Positions 28,936 to 38,547 are shown, counted from the stretch's first letter. The stretch: DNA of 64,000 nt from Dehalococcoidia bacterium (GCA_965220155.1 OZ244810.1:626728-690727); one strand, 5' to 3'. Numbers and translations: made by a program. Notes: generated by a model from the sequence alone, not told the origin.

Positions 28936-29739
28936 TCAGTCGGACCGCGGAGCGGGGGCCCACCGGGGTTTCCGCTTTTCGGCGAAGGCCCTGCCGCCCT
29001 CCTGGGCATCCGGATGACCCCCATGGGCGTTCAGGATCTCCCACCCATGCTCCACGGCATCGTGGAGGCCGTAGTTGAGTCCCTCCCAGATCGCCTTTTT
29101 CGATGCCATGAGCGTGGCCGGGGAGCTCTCCATGATGGCCCTGGCCGTATCCCTGGCCCGCTCCATGAGGCGCTCTTTGGGGACCACGTCGCCGACCATG
29201 CCGACCTCGTACGCCCGTTGGGCGCTGATCCGCTCGGCGCCGCCCAGCATGACCATCCGCATAATGGTTTCCAGCGGCATCCGGCGGGCAAGGGCGATGG
29301 GCTCGGTGACCGATGGGCGGCCGACCCGGACGTGGGTGTCGAAGAAGGTGGCGTGCTCGGCGGCGATGACCAGGTCGCTGTCCGCTATAAAGTGAAGTCC
29401 GCCTCCCGTGACCATCCCGTTGACTGCAGTGATGACCGGCTTCCAGCAGCTGTTTTGGAGCGCCGTAAACAGCAACTCAAAGTGAGTGTCAGTCTTGTTT
29501 TGCGCGGGATGTCCCTCGCCGTCCGCCGAGGCGGCCATATCAAAGCCTGTGCAGAAGGACCGGTCCCCCGCCGCCGTGACGACGGCGACCACGATCTCCT
29601 GATCCTGCTTGATGTCCCCCCAGACATCCGCCAACTCCTGGTTCATGCGGTAGTTGATGGCATTCAGGCGGTCGGGCCGATTGAGGGTAATGGTAGCGAT
29701 GCCCTCGCTCTTGTCGTACAGCAAGGTCTCAAGATGCAT
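28936..29739 (-). CDS. Enoyl-CoA hydratase/isomerase (crotonase) family protein
   Basis: MHLETLLYDKSEGIATITLNRPDRLNAINYRMNQELADVWGDIKQDQEIVVAVVTAAGDRSFCTGFDM... Confidence 0.85.
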   Translation of the reverse strand: MHLETLLYDKSEGIATITLNRPDRLNAINYRMNQELADVWGDIKQDQEIVVAVVTAAGDRSFCTGFDMAASADGEGHPAQNKTDTHFELLFTALQNSCWKPVITAVNGMVTGGGLHFIADSDLVIAAEHATFFDTHVRVGRPSVTEPIALARRMPLETIMRMVMLGGAERISAQRAYEVGMVGDVVPKERLMERARDTARAIMESSPATLMASKKAIWEGLNYGLHDAVEHGWEILNAHGGHPDAQEGGRAFAEKRKPRWAPAPRSD

Positions 29740-29806
29740 ACAGCGGACTCCTTCGCCGGAAGAGGTCGGTATCAGGCTGGGACGTCAGAGAACAGCGGGC
29801 ATTATG

Positions 29807-30925
29807 TCACAAGCCCGCGTCAAGCCTGTAAAGGCGCGCGGCGTTGTCCCGGACGATCTGTCGCTTCTCCTCCGGGGGAATGTCCTTGAACTCATATGCC
29901 ACCGCCCGCTGTGAGTCCGGCCAATTGGAGTTCGTGTGCGGGTAATCCGTAGACCACATGATGCGATCGACGCCTATTCGATGCCGGTTGTCCAAGCCGT
30001 GGGCGTCGTTTATGAACGTGGCCCAGACATGCTCTCGGAAGGACTCACCCGGCATTCGCTTTAGCTGGATGCCGGCCCGGAAACGTCTCCGAAGGAAGTT
30101 GTCATCCAGTACCTGCAGGTAGTGCGGTATCCACCCGATCCCGGTCTCGACCGCAACGATGCGTAGACCGGAGTGCCGCTCGAACAGACCGTCGTAGAGC
30201 ATCTCGGCGATGGGACGGAACACGCCGGTGCCCATATCTATGAGGCCCGATGAAGTGAGGTACGCCAGGTCGCTGCCCCACTTTTGCGGCCCCTCTCCGA
30301 AGAAGCCGAAATGGATGTGCACCGGGTATTCCCAGTCTTCGACTTCAGACCAAAAGCGGTCGTCTTCTGGGGAGGGTTCCGGGTTCCCGCTGGGGTATGT
30401 GCTGATGACGAACCCCCTGGCGCCTCGTTCCGCGACCCGGCGCCACTCGAGGAGGGTATCTTCGATCCCGGTGACCGGAGAGATCGGCATCCCGATGAGC
30501 CGATCCGGGGCCACAGAGCAGAACTCGTGGATCCAATCGTTGTAGGCCCGAACGCAGGCGAGCTGAAGGTCCCGGTCGCCGCCGTACCCGTGCGCTCCGC
30601 CCAGGGCGACTCCGGGGTAGATGACCTGGGCCTGGATCATGTCCAGCTCCATGTCCTCCAGCCGAGCGTGAGGGTCGTAGCTGGCAGGCCGGACCTCGGA
30701 CCATCTAGCGCCTTCGCGGTTATAGGCGGTCACGTCGACCCCGGCAAGGGCCGTCTGGACAGGCGTAATCCGCTTCCCGCCATCGTAGGACCAGGCGATC
30801 CTGCCGCCATCCAGCTCCACCAACTTGGGGGCGCGCTCCTTGAGAGCCGAGGGAACTCTGGACTGCCACACGTCGGCGGGCTCGTTTACGTGGCTGTCGG
30901 CATCAATCATCCGGTATTCCACCAT
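29807..30925 (-). CDS. Amidohydrolase-2 family protein
   Basis: MVEYRMIDADSHVNEPADVWQSRVPSALKERAPKLVELDGG...HIHFGFFGEG...STDYPHTNSNWPDS.... Start at the internal ATG of ORF 29807..31066. Confidence 0.8.
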   Translation of the reverse strand: MVEYRMIDADSHVNEPADVWQSRVPSALKERAPKLVELDGGRIAWSYDGGKRITPVQTALAGVDVTAYNREGARWSEVRPASYDPHARLEDMELDMIQAQVIYPGVALGGAHGYGGDRDLQLACVRAYNDWIHEFCSVAPDRLIGMPISPVTGIEDTLLEWRRVAERGARGFVISTYPSGNPEPSPEDDRFWSEVEDWEYPVHIHFGFFGEGPQKWGSDLAYLTSSGLIDMGTGVFRPIAEMLYDGLFERHSGLRIVAVETGIGWIPHYLQVLDDNFLRRRFRAGIQLKRMPGESFREHVWATFINDAHGLDNRHRIGVDRIMWSTDYPHTNSNWPDSQRAVAYEFKDIPPEEKRQIVRDNAARLYRLDAGL

Positions 30926-31046
30926 GCTCCATCTCCCCCTTCGGATGAGTGCCGTATTATACCCAACCCTTGGACCGGCACCGGTAGAGCACCCCTGGAG
31001 CCCTTGTGCGGTATCATCCGCCCAGTCTCGAGAGAGGTGCTCCAAG

Positions 31047-31919
31047 ATGAAATTCGGGTTCAGCATTTTCCCAACCCAGGGCGGCCCTCAGGGCCTGGCG
31101 GCCATCGCCAGGAAAGCCGACGAGCTCGGCTACGAGTCGATCTTCTCCGCCGACCATCTCGTTTATCCGACAGAGATGCCCCGCACCTACCCCTATTCAG
31201 CAGACGGCACCTCGCCGATCAGCCCTGATGCCCCGAGGTATGACGCCTGGGTGCTATTGGCCTACCTGGCGGCGGTTACGACCCGAATCAATCTGGGGAC
31301 CAATGTCTTCATCCTGCCTCTTCGCGACCCCATCGTCACCGCGCGGGCCGTCACAACGCTGGATAACGTCTCCAACGGTCGGTTGCTGATGGGGGTCGGC
31401 GTCGGTTGGCTGGAAGAGGAGTTCCAGATTGTTGGCCGAGACTTCGCTACTCGCGGCCCCGTCGCCGACGAGATGATCGATCTCCTCAGGGCGCTGTGGA
31501 CCCAGCGATCTGTCGATTTCAACGGCAAGTATCTGACGTACAGCGGATTCATGTTCGAGCCCAAGCCGGTGAGTAAACCGCACCCTCCCATCCTCATCGG
31601 GGGCACCACGGGACCGGCACTCCGGCGGGCGGCCCGCCTCGGCGACGGCTGGGCCAGCACGGGGGACGACCTGGAGACGTTAAAGCGGCGGATCGCCAGG
31701 CTCCACTCCATGCGCAAGGAACACGGAAGGGATACCCTCCCGTTCAGCGTCACCGCCAGCGCTCCCGAAGCGAACGCGGATACGGTGCGGCGCTATCAGG
31801 AGGCGGGCGTAGACCGGATGCTCATTACTCCGTCAACGGCTGGCCGACAGGCAACGGCCAAAGAAGTCATCGAAGGGCTGGAGCGCTTCGCGGAAGAGGT
31901 GATGGCCAAGGCCGCGTAG
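31047..31919 (+). CDS. LLM-class flavin/F420-dependent oxidoreductase
   Basis: MKFGFSIFPTQGGPQGLAAIARKADELGYESIFSADHLVYP...NLGTNVFILPLRDPIVTARAVTTLDNVSNGRLLMGVGVGWLEEEF... Confidence 0.8.
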   Translation: MKFGFSIFPTQGGPQGLAAIARKADELGYESIFSADHLVYPTEMPRTYPYSADGTSPISPDAPRYDAWVLLAYLAAVTTRINLGTNVFILPLRDPIVTARAVTTLDNVSNGRLLMGVGVGWLEEEFQIVGRDFATRGPVADEMIDLLRALWTQRSVDFNGKYLTYSGFMFEPKPVSKPHPPILIGGTTGPALRRAARLGDGWASTGDDLETLKRRIARLHSMRKEHGRDTLPFSVTASAPEANADTVRRYQEAGVDRMLITPSTAGRQATAKEVIEGLERFAEEVMAKAA

Positions 31920-32060
31920 AGGATGGTTACCTCGTGGGTTGGTCGGCCAGAATACGATACCGTTGCGAACCATGGGGGAAGGGTTGTGCCGTGGGGGCCC
32001 CGGGCCCGCAACAGATGTGGTATAAGATAGGGGACTCACGATTGGAGGCCCGTACCGGCA

Positions 32061-32390
32061 ATGGTCGAGTTCCGGAAAGTAGCCAGGGTGGGGGATGTCC
32101 CGTCCGGCCGAGGCAAGTGCGTAATGGGCCCATTTGAGAAACCAATGGCCCTATTCAACATTGGCGGGGACTTCTACGCCACCAACTACGTTTGCCCCCA
32201 CATGGGAGGACCCATTGGCGAGGGGGTGCTAAGCGGCACCGTCGTCGCGTGTCCATGGCACGGGTGGACCTTCGACGTGACGACTGGAAAGGCGGACCAC
32301 GAGGGAGGGCACGCAATCTCCGCGTATGAGACGAAGATCGAAAACGGCTTCGTCTACGTCGGATGGCTCAGGAAGGGGTCCGAAGGCTGA
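32061..32390 (+). CDS. Rieske [2Fe-2S] domain protein (small, NirD/ferredoxin-like)
   Basis: ...YVCPHMGGPIGEGVLSGTVVACPWHGWTFD... has the CxH...CxxH Rieske ligands. GGAGG RBS 12 nt upstream. Confidence 0.8.
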   Translation: MVEFRKVARVGDVPSGRGKCVMGPFEKPMALFNIGGDFYATNYVCPHMGGPIGEGVLSGTVVACPWHGWTFDVTTGKADHEGGHAISAYETKIENGFVYVGWLRKGSEG

Positions 32391-32806
32391 TGCCGGCCGC
32401 TTCGTTGACCAAGACCTTCGAGTTCTCCGCATCCCACCGGTACTATCGGGATGATTGGTCCTTGGAACGCAACCTGCAGACATTTGGCAAGTGCGTCAAC
32501 GACAATGGCCACGGCCACAATTACCTGCTGGAGGTCACCGTGCGGGGGCCTATCGATCCGGTGACCGGCATGGTCATGAACCTGGTGGATATCAAGGCGT
32601 CGGTCGAGGATGTCCTCGAGCAGTTCGACCACCGTCACTTGAACAAAGACCTGAGCTATTTCGACGAGCGGATCCCCACGACCGAGAACCTGGTAGTAAC
32701 CCTCTGGGACCTCATAGATCCTCGATTACCGGATGCCGCTCGCCTCTGCGCTCTGCGGCTCCATGAGGATGAGGACCTGTTTGTCGACTATCACGGGGGC
32801 GCCTGA
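32390..32806 (+). CDS. 6-pyruvoyl-tetrahydropterin synthase / QueD family protein (copy 1)
   Basis: MPAASLTKTFEFSASHRYYRDDWSLERNLQTFGKCVNDNGHGHNYLLEVTVRG...HRHLNKDL has the PTPS C..HGH motif. TGATG overlap with the Rieske gene. Confidence 0.8.
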   Translation: MPAASLTKTFEFSASHRYYRDDWSLERNLQTFGKCVNDNGHGHNYLLEVTVRGPIDPVTGMVMNLVDIKASVEDVLEQFDHRHLNKDLSYFDERIPTTENLVVTLWDLIDPRLPDAARLCALRLHEDEDLFVDYHGGA

Positions 32807-33237
32807 TGGACCCCGGCAACGTGTACCTGTCCCGGCGCTACCGCTTCTCCGCATCTCACCGCCTCTATGCCCAGGGGTTGTCAGACGCGGAGAACCGGCG
32901 GGTCTTCGGGAAGTGCGCGAACGACAACGGCCACGGCCACAACTACAAGCTGATCGTCACCGTCGGCGGCGAGATGGACCCTGAGACGGGCATGTGCTTC
33001 GACCTGGGCCTTCTCGACAGCATCGTCGACGAGCAACTGGTCCAACGGTATGACCACAAGCACCTGAACCTCGACGTCGAAGACTACGTCGACCGCGTGC
33101 CGACGGGAGAGAACATCGTCCGTCGGTCGTGGGAGATCCTCTCGGACGCCATCCCAGGCGGCAAGCTCCGCCGGCTGAGACTGATCGAGACCCGAGACAA
33201 TGCCTTCGAGTACTGCGGCGAACTTCCCGCGGCATGA
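32806..33237 (+). CDS. 6-pyruvoyl-tetrahydropterin synthase / QueD family protein (copy 2)
   Basis: MDPGNVYLSRRYRFSASHRLYAQGLSDAENRRVFGKCANDNGHGHNYKLIVTVGG...HKHLNLDV. TGATG overlap with copy 1. Confidence 0.8.
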   Translation: MDPGNVYLSRRYRFSASHRLYAQGLSDAENRRVFGKCANDNGHGHNYKLIVTVGGEMDPETGMCFDLGLLDSIVDEQLVQRYDHKHLNLDVEDYVDRVPTGENIVRRSWEILSDAIPGGKLRRLRLIETRDNAFEYCGELPAA

Positions 33238-33953
33238 CCACGCTGAAGGATAAGGCTTGCCTCATCACCGGCGCCTCGAGCGGCATTGGGGCCGCAGTCG
33301 CCCGCCGGTTTGCCAAAGAGGGCGCCCGGCTGTGCCTCGTGGCGAGGTCGACCGACCGCCTGAGGGCGCTGGCCCAGGAGCTGTCGTCCCCCGAGGGGAC
33401 CCCTCTGGTGGTGGAGGCTGACGTGGGCCACGAGCAGCAGGTAAAGAATGCCGTATCCCAAGCGATGGCATCCCAGGGCGGCATCGATGTCCTGGTGAAT
33501 TGCGCGGGGACGGTCTACTTCACCCCCATCGACGAAACCGACGAGAGTCAGTGGAACGACGTTATCGACTCCAACCTGAAGGGGACCTTCCTCTTCTGCA
33601 AGCACGTGGTGCCCGGGATGCTCGAGCGAGGGTGCGGCGATATCGTGAATATCGGCAGCATCGCATCCCACCAGGGCTTCGAGAACTCGACGGCGTACTG
33701 CGCGGCGAAGCATGGCGTGCTCGGGTTCTCGCGGGCGCTGGCCCTTGAAGTGCGCAAGCGCGGGCTCCGGGTGACCACCGTATCTCCGGGCTCGGTGAAT
33801 ACGCCGCTCTGGGACCCCATGGAGTGGACCCCGGACCGCTCCAAGATGCTCCATGCCGACGAGGTCGCCGAGGCGGTCCACGCCGCGTTGACCGTTTCGT
33901 CAACAGCGGCCGTCGATGAGTTGATCGTAATGCCCCAGGAAGGGGTGCTGTGA
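33234..33953 (+). CDS. Short-chain dehydrogenase/reductase (SDR); candidate sepiapterin/pteridine reductase by context
   Basis: MTTLKDKACLITGASSGIGAAVARRFAKEGARL...NCAG...Y..K. ATGA overlap with PTPS copy 2. Confidence 0.8.
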   Translation: MTTLKDKACLITGASSGIGAAVARRFAKEGARLCLVARSTDRLRALAQELSSPEGTPLVVEADVGHEQQVKNAVSQAMASQGGIDVLVNCAGTVYFTPIDETDESQWNDVIDSNLKGTFLFCKHVVPGMLERGCGDIVNIGSIASHQGFENSTAYCAAKHGVLGFSRALALEVRKRGLRVTTVSPGSVNTPLWDPMEWTPDRSKMLHADEVAEAVHAALTVSSTAAVDELIVMPQEGVL

Positions 33954-34061
33954 CCCCAGGATAGGGCACGCGGCCCGTGGGATGGAGGCGCCCTACCGAC
34001 ATCTCGCCTACCGTGACGGCAACTTCCCGGACCGAACTACCCTGGGCCGATTACCGCGGCC

Positions 34062-35141
34062 CTAATCGAATCGGAAGGTCTTTACGGCCAGCGCCGCCGT
34101 CAGCACGACCCAGCCCGCCAGCAGGCCAAGCTCAGTCGGGAAGTCCGTCAGCGACTTTGCGTCCAGGGCAATCCCCCGCATGGCCTCCAACATCGGCGCC
34201 AGGGGCAGGTAGCTCACCACGAGCTCAAGGGCTCGGGGAAGGCTGTCGGTGGGAAAGAACACCCCTGAGAGGAACATCATCGGCATGGCCACCGCGTTCC
34301 CAAGGCCGCTGGCGGCGCCGACGCTCTTGGCAATAGACCCGACTATGAAGCCAATACTCAGAAATACCAGATTGCCCAGCACGACGACCACGGCGAGGAA
34401 GAAGATGTTGCCCAGCACGTTGCCGTCCAGAATGAAGACGCCCGCTCCCAGGATCACCGCGGTCTGCAACAGGGCCAGCACCAGATGGGCCACCACCATG
34501 CCGCCGAAGAAGTTCCTCACTTTGAGCGGAGTCGCCAGCACGCGCTTCAGGATCTTCTGTTCCCGGTATGCGGTCAGGACGGAGGCAAGTCCGATGATCG
34601 AGTACATCATGACTCCCATCCCGACCAGGCCGGGCAGGAGAAAATCGAAATAGTCCAGGCGCTCCGCGCGGATGCCTTCGGCGCTCAGGTTGAGCAGCGG
34701 GGCGGCGTCGCTAAGGCCGAAGCTCACGTCGTCGAGGAAGCTGGAGATGACGCCGATGACGATAGCGGAGGTGATGCTCCCTTCGTCGTAGACAAACCGG
34801 ACGCCGGAAGGCCTTCCAGCTTGAACGGCTTCCCCCAGGCCCTCGGGGATGACAAGGAGGAACCGGAACGCTCCATCCTCGAGCTCCACCCTGGCCGCCG
34901 CCTCGTCGTTCCAGTACTCCAACTCGAATGTCTCCAGCCCCTCCAGGTTTCGCAGGAGCTCCACCGACACATCGTCTCGGGCCTGGTCCACAACCGCCAC
35001 AGTTGTCGTCGGCGTTCCATCCAGATCGAATAGCGCGAACACGGCGACGAAGATCAACGGAAACGCCAGCGCCCAAAAGAGGGACTGGCGGTTTCGAAGG
35101 ATCATCTTCAGGTTGGCGACGACCAGGGCCCAAAGGACCAT
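34062..35141 (-). CDS. ABC-2 family transporter permease (with large extracytoplasmic loop)
   Basis: MVLWALVVANLKMILRNRQSLFWALAFPLIFVAVFALF... with multiple TM segments at the C-terminus. Confidence 0.75.
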   Translation of the reverse strand: MVLWALVVANLKMILRNRQSLFWALAFPLIFVAVFALFDLDGTPTTTVAVVDQARDDVSVELLRNLEGLETFELEYWNDEAAARVELEDGAFRFLLVIPEGLGEAVQAGRPSGVRFVYDEGSITSAIVIGVISSFLDDVSFGLSDAAPLLNLSAEGIRAERLDYFDFLLPGLVGMGVMMYSIIGLASVLTAYREQKILKRVLATPLKVRNFFGGMVVAHLVLALLQTAVILGAGVFILDGNVLGNIFFLAVVVVLGNLVFLSIGFIVGSIAKSVGAASGLGNAVAMPMMFLSGVFFPTDSLPRALELVVSYLPLAPMLEAMRGIALDAKSLTDFPTELGLLAGWVVLTAALAVKTFRFD

Positions 35142-36085
35142 CAGTCCCTGTCCTCGTCATCCTCGGTCAGACCCCGACCGGTCAGCGCGAGGAACACCTC
35201 CTCCAGGTCGGCGGTCCTGACCTCGAGGTGCGACAGGCCGGCTTGGGCCCGGCCCGCCCAGTCGAGCAGCGCTGGGACCGTGCGGGCTGACTCCCGGGAC
35301 CGAAGGCTGATGGTCCAGTCCTTCCCGGCCTCGATGCCGACGACGGCCTCGAGGGTCTCCAGAGCAGAGGCCGCGTTCAGGCCGTCTCCCAGACTGACCC
35401 TGATCTCGTAGGGCGCCGGCAGGGACTGGATGAGGTTCGAGGGGGTGTCCAGGGCCACGACTTTGCCCCGGTCCATGATGGCGACGCGGTCGCAGAGGGC
35501 CTCCGCCTCCTCCATGTAGTGAGTCGTCAGCACGACGGTACGGCCGCCTTCCCGGACATCGCTGATGAAGCCCCACAGGTTTCGGCGCGCTTGCGGGTCG
35601 AGTCCCGTTGTGGGTTCGTCGAGGAACACGACCTCGGGATCGTTCACCAGCGTGGCTGCGATGGCGAACCGCTGCTTCTGGCCGCCGGACAGCTTCCTTA
35701 TCGTCGCGCCGGCTTTGTCTTCGAGGCTGACCCTGCTGAGAAGCGCCGCGGCCGGAACCCGGCGACTGTAGAACGCCCCCAGAAGCTCAAGGATTTCGGT
35801 GACGGTCAGGTAATCGAAATAGGCAGAGGCCTGGAGCTGGACGCCGATGCGGTCCTTGACCGCCGAGGCTTCTCGCTCCACATCGAGGCCCAGCACGTGC
35901 AGCGAGCCTGCGTCCGGTCTTTGGAGCCCCTCAACGCATTCCAGGAGGGTGGTCTTGCCCGCGCCGTTGGGCCCCAGGATGCCGAAGACTTCGCCTTTAC
36001 GGACTGAGAGCGAGACCCCATCGACTGCCGTCAGCTGACCAAAGCGCTTGACCAGCCCTTCGACGACGATCACCTTCTCATCCAC
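35141..36085 (-). CDS. ABC transporter ATP-binding protein
   Basis: VDEKVIVVEGLVKRFGQLTAVDGVSLSVRKGEVFGILGPNGAGKTTLLECVEGL...LSGGQKQRFAIAATLVNDPEVVFLDEPTTGLDP.... GTG start with an AGGAGA RBS is preferred over the upstream ATG 36217. Confidence 0.8.
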   Translation of the reverse strand: MDEKVIVVEGLVKRFGQLTAVDGVSLSVRKGEVFGILGPNGAGKTTLLECVEGLQRPDAGSLHVLGLDVEREASAVKDRIGVQLQASAYFDYLTVTEILELLGAFYSRRVPAAALLSRVSLEDKAGATIRKLSGGQKQRFAIAATLVNDPEVVFLDEPTTGLDPQARRNLWGFISDVREGGRTVVLTTHYMEEAEALCDRVAIMDRGKVVALDTPSNLIQSLPAPYEIRVSLGDGLNAASALETLEAVVGIEAGKDWTISLRSRESARTVPALLDWAGRAQAGLSHLEVRTADLEEVFLALTGRGLTEDDEDRD

Positions 36086-36313
36086 TGGGGGCAATCTCCT
36101 GAGGAAGACGATGTCTGAGGCTTGCGACACTGGGCCGCGAATCAATGGTACACGAGGCGGGACTATGCCAGACTCGATGACTGGGAACGGAGCGGGATGC
36201 GTCTCCCGTCCCTTCATTCGGAAGGCCCGAATGTCGCTGCCACTCGGGGGTACAGCTCAGGCTGCCTCAATGGACGGGTTGTTCCGAAGGCAACGGAACA
36301 AGCCGCCCGAGCG

Positions 36314-37111
36314 TCATGCGAACAGGGCGCGGCTCATGCCCCCGCTGACGCTGAAGATTTCGCCGGTGATGGATACGCCCTTGGGCGAAGCCAGGAACGC
36401 AACCACAAACGCCACTTCGCTGGCATCGACGATACGCCGGATGGCGTTGTCGCGGCCCACGTCGGCCACGACCTCGTCGTAGGTCCGACCTTCGCTGCGC
36501 GCACGCTCTTCAAATCTATCTCGGAGCATCTCGATCATGGTGGCGCCAGGATGGACGGCATTGGCGGTTATTCCGTACTGGCCGAGCTCGTCGGACATTG
36601 TCTTGGTCAGATGGGCCACGGCGACGTTTCGGGCGCCGGTACTGTAGGTCCCCGAGCGGCGGGCCGACATACCGCCGATGTTGACGATCCGCCCCCAGCC
36701 TTTTTGCTTCATATACGGCACGCACGATCGGGAGAACCGTAGGTAGCCCATGAACTTCGTGTTGAGATCGTCCAACACGTCATCGTCCGTTACCGTCTCG
36801 ATGGGCCCTCGCGCCAGGCCGCCCGGGACGCCCGCGTTGTTGACCAGAATATCGATGCCCCCGAGGCCATCGGCCGCCGCCTTGACCGTAGCCTCGACCT
36901 GCTCCAGCTTTGAAACGTCGCAGACGATGGGTAGGAGCTTTCGGCCAGTCTCAGCCGAAACCTCCGCGGCCGCTGTCTCGAGCTGCTCCTTGGTCCGGGA
37001 GCAGATGGCGACGTCGACGCCCTCTTGCGCCAACACTCGCGCTACCGCCTTGCCGATCCCGCGGCCGCCTCCGGTCACCATCGCTTTCTTCCCACGCAGC
37101 TCAAGGTCCAC
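36314..37111 (-). CDS. SDR family oxidoreductase (FabG-like)
   Basis: MDLELRGKKAMVTGGGRGIGKAVARVLAQEGVDVAICSR...NNAG... Confidence 0.85.
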   Translation of the reverse strand: MDLELRGKKAMVTGGGRGIGKAVARVLAQEGVDVAICSRTKEQLETAAAEVSAETGRKLLPIVCDVSKLEQVEATVKAAADGLGGIDILVNNAGVPGGLARGPIETVTDDDVLDDLNTKFMGYLRFSRSCVPYMKQKGWGRIVNIGGMSARRSGTYSTGARNVAVAHLTKTMSDELGQYGITANAVHPGATMIEMLRDRFEERARSEGRTYDEVVADVGRDNAIRRIVDASEVAFVVAFLASPKGVSITGEIFSVSGGMSRALFA

Positions 37112-37182
37112 AGCTCATCCCCCTATGTCAAAGTCTCACGGTTTCCAAGCCGTCTATCCTCCGCGCTTGTTCACAATCCTGG

Positions 37183-37983
37183 CTATGCGTAGACAGCGCG
37201 CGTCGTCCCGCCTCCCGCCGCGATGACCTCCCCAGTCACCGCCCCCGACTTGGGCGAAGCGAGGAACAGGGCCAGGTTGGCGATCTCCTCCACGCTGGCA
37301 AGCCGCCGGATGGAATTGCTCTGGGCCACGGCCCTCTCCGCCTCGTCCAGGGAGACGCCTTGCCGCTGGGCCCGGGTGTTGACCAGATTGTCGACGTACC
37401 CGGTGTCACGAGTCGGGCCGGGGTGGATCACGTTGACCGTGATGCCGGAAGGCCCCAACTCGTCCGCCAGGGTCTTGCTCAAGTGCACTATGGCGATGTT
37501 TCGGACGCCGCCGCTGTAGCTCCCCGAGCTCCGGGCGGAGAGACCTCCGATGTTGACGATCCGCCCCCAACCCTGTTTCTCCATGATTGGCGCCGCAGCC
37601 CGTGCGCATCGAAGATAGCCCATGAACTTCGTGTTGAGGTCCTCCATCATCCCCTCATCGGTGACGGTAGGCAGGGGACCGAGCGCCAAGCCTCCGGCGT
37701 GGCCAGCGTTGTTCACCAGGATGTCGAGGCGCCCAAGAGTCGAAACAACCTGGTCCACCATTGAGTCGACCTGCTCCGGCACAGAGACATCACTCTCGAT
37801 CGGCAGCACCTTTCTCCCTGTCGTCTCCGACAGCTCTTTGGCCGCCATCTCGAGGTCGCTCTTGTTCCTGGCGCAGACCGCCACGTCAGCGCCTTCCCGG
37901 GCCAACCCCAGGGCAATAGCTTTGCCGATGCCCTTGCTGCCGCCGGTGACCAATGCAGCCTTGCCAGCCAGTTCCAGGTCCAT
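37183..37983 (-). CDS. SDR family oxidoreductase (tandem paralog of 36314..37111)
   Basis: MDLELAGKAALVTGGSKGIGKAIALGLAREGADVAVCARNKSDLEMAAKELSETTGRKVLPIESDVS... is about 55% identical to its neighbour. Confidence 0.85.
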   Translation of the reverse strand: MDLELAGKAALVTGGSKGIGKAIALGLAREGADVAVCARNKSDLEMAAKELSETTGRKVLPIESDVSVPEQVDSMVDQVVSTLGRLDILVNNAGHAGGLALGPLPTVTDEGMMEDLNTKFMGYLRCARAAAPIMEKQGWGRIVNIGGLSARSSGSYSGGVRNIAIVHLSKTLADELGPSGITVNVIHPGPTRDTGYVDNLVNTRAQRQGVSLDEAERAVAQSNSIRRLASVEEIANLALFLASPKSGAVTGEVIAAGGGTTRAVYA

Positions 37984-38128
37984 GGACCCTACCTCCGCGG
38001 GAATGCAGGAGGCATCGTAGCATCGGAGCCGGAGCTGCCGCCACTCGATTCAGGGACCCACCAAACGGATGGTCCGCCAACTCGCCCCGGAGGTCCAACC
38101 AGCCCATGCTAGAATGGCGAGGTGCCCC

Positions 38129-38203
38129 GCGGGGGTAGCTCAGTGGTAGAGTACCTGCCTTCCAAGCAGGCTGTCGCGGGTTCGATCCCCGTCCCCCGCT
38201 CCA
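38129..38203 (+). tRNA. tRNA-Gly (anticodon UCC), CCA encoded
   Basis: GCGGGGGTAGCTCAGTGGTAGAGTACCTGCCTTCCAAGCAGGCTGTCGCGGGTTCGATCCCCGTCCCCCGCTCCA. 7-bp acceptor stem, anticodon loop CUUCCAA, T-loop GGTTCGATCC. Confidence 0.85.
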
Positions 38204-38547
38204 CTCTCCAACAGGTTCAAAGAAGTGCGGCTGCCGCTCATTCGTTCGATAGTGCTAACGCCTTTGCTCACGTCTTCGCGGCTGGTTGGCTTCTCCTGGG
38301 ACGGCTCAGGAGGCTGCCAGGACGGCTAGCCCCTGGGACCAGCCGCGCTCCGAAGCGAGGCCCCGAGATGCGCCCCGACCATAGCCCGGCTTCGTCCTGC
38401 TCTGCCGCTCAATACGGTTGCCGCGACGCTGGGATGCTTCGGCGCCCGTTCATGAACTCGCATCGTGTAAGAGGCGCTTTCAAGTATCATTTGCACGCTG
38501 ACTTCCCCGGGCACTGCCCAGGAACTGCTCTGCGCTTGGAGACAACC

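Noticed and set aside
38122-38547. N-terminal 140 aa of track ORF 38122..39573 (MPRGGSSVVEYLPSKQAVAGSIPV...)
   Set aside because: It translates straight through the tRNA-Gly gene. The real 2-hydroxyacid dehydrogenase starts about 38548 with its own RBS.
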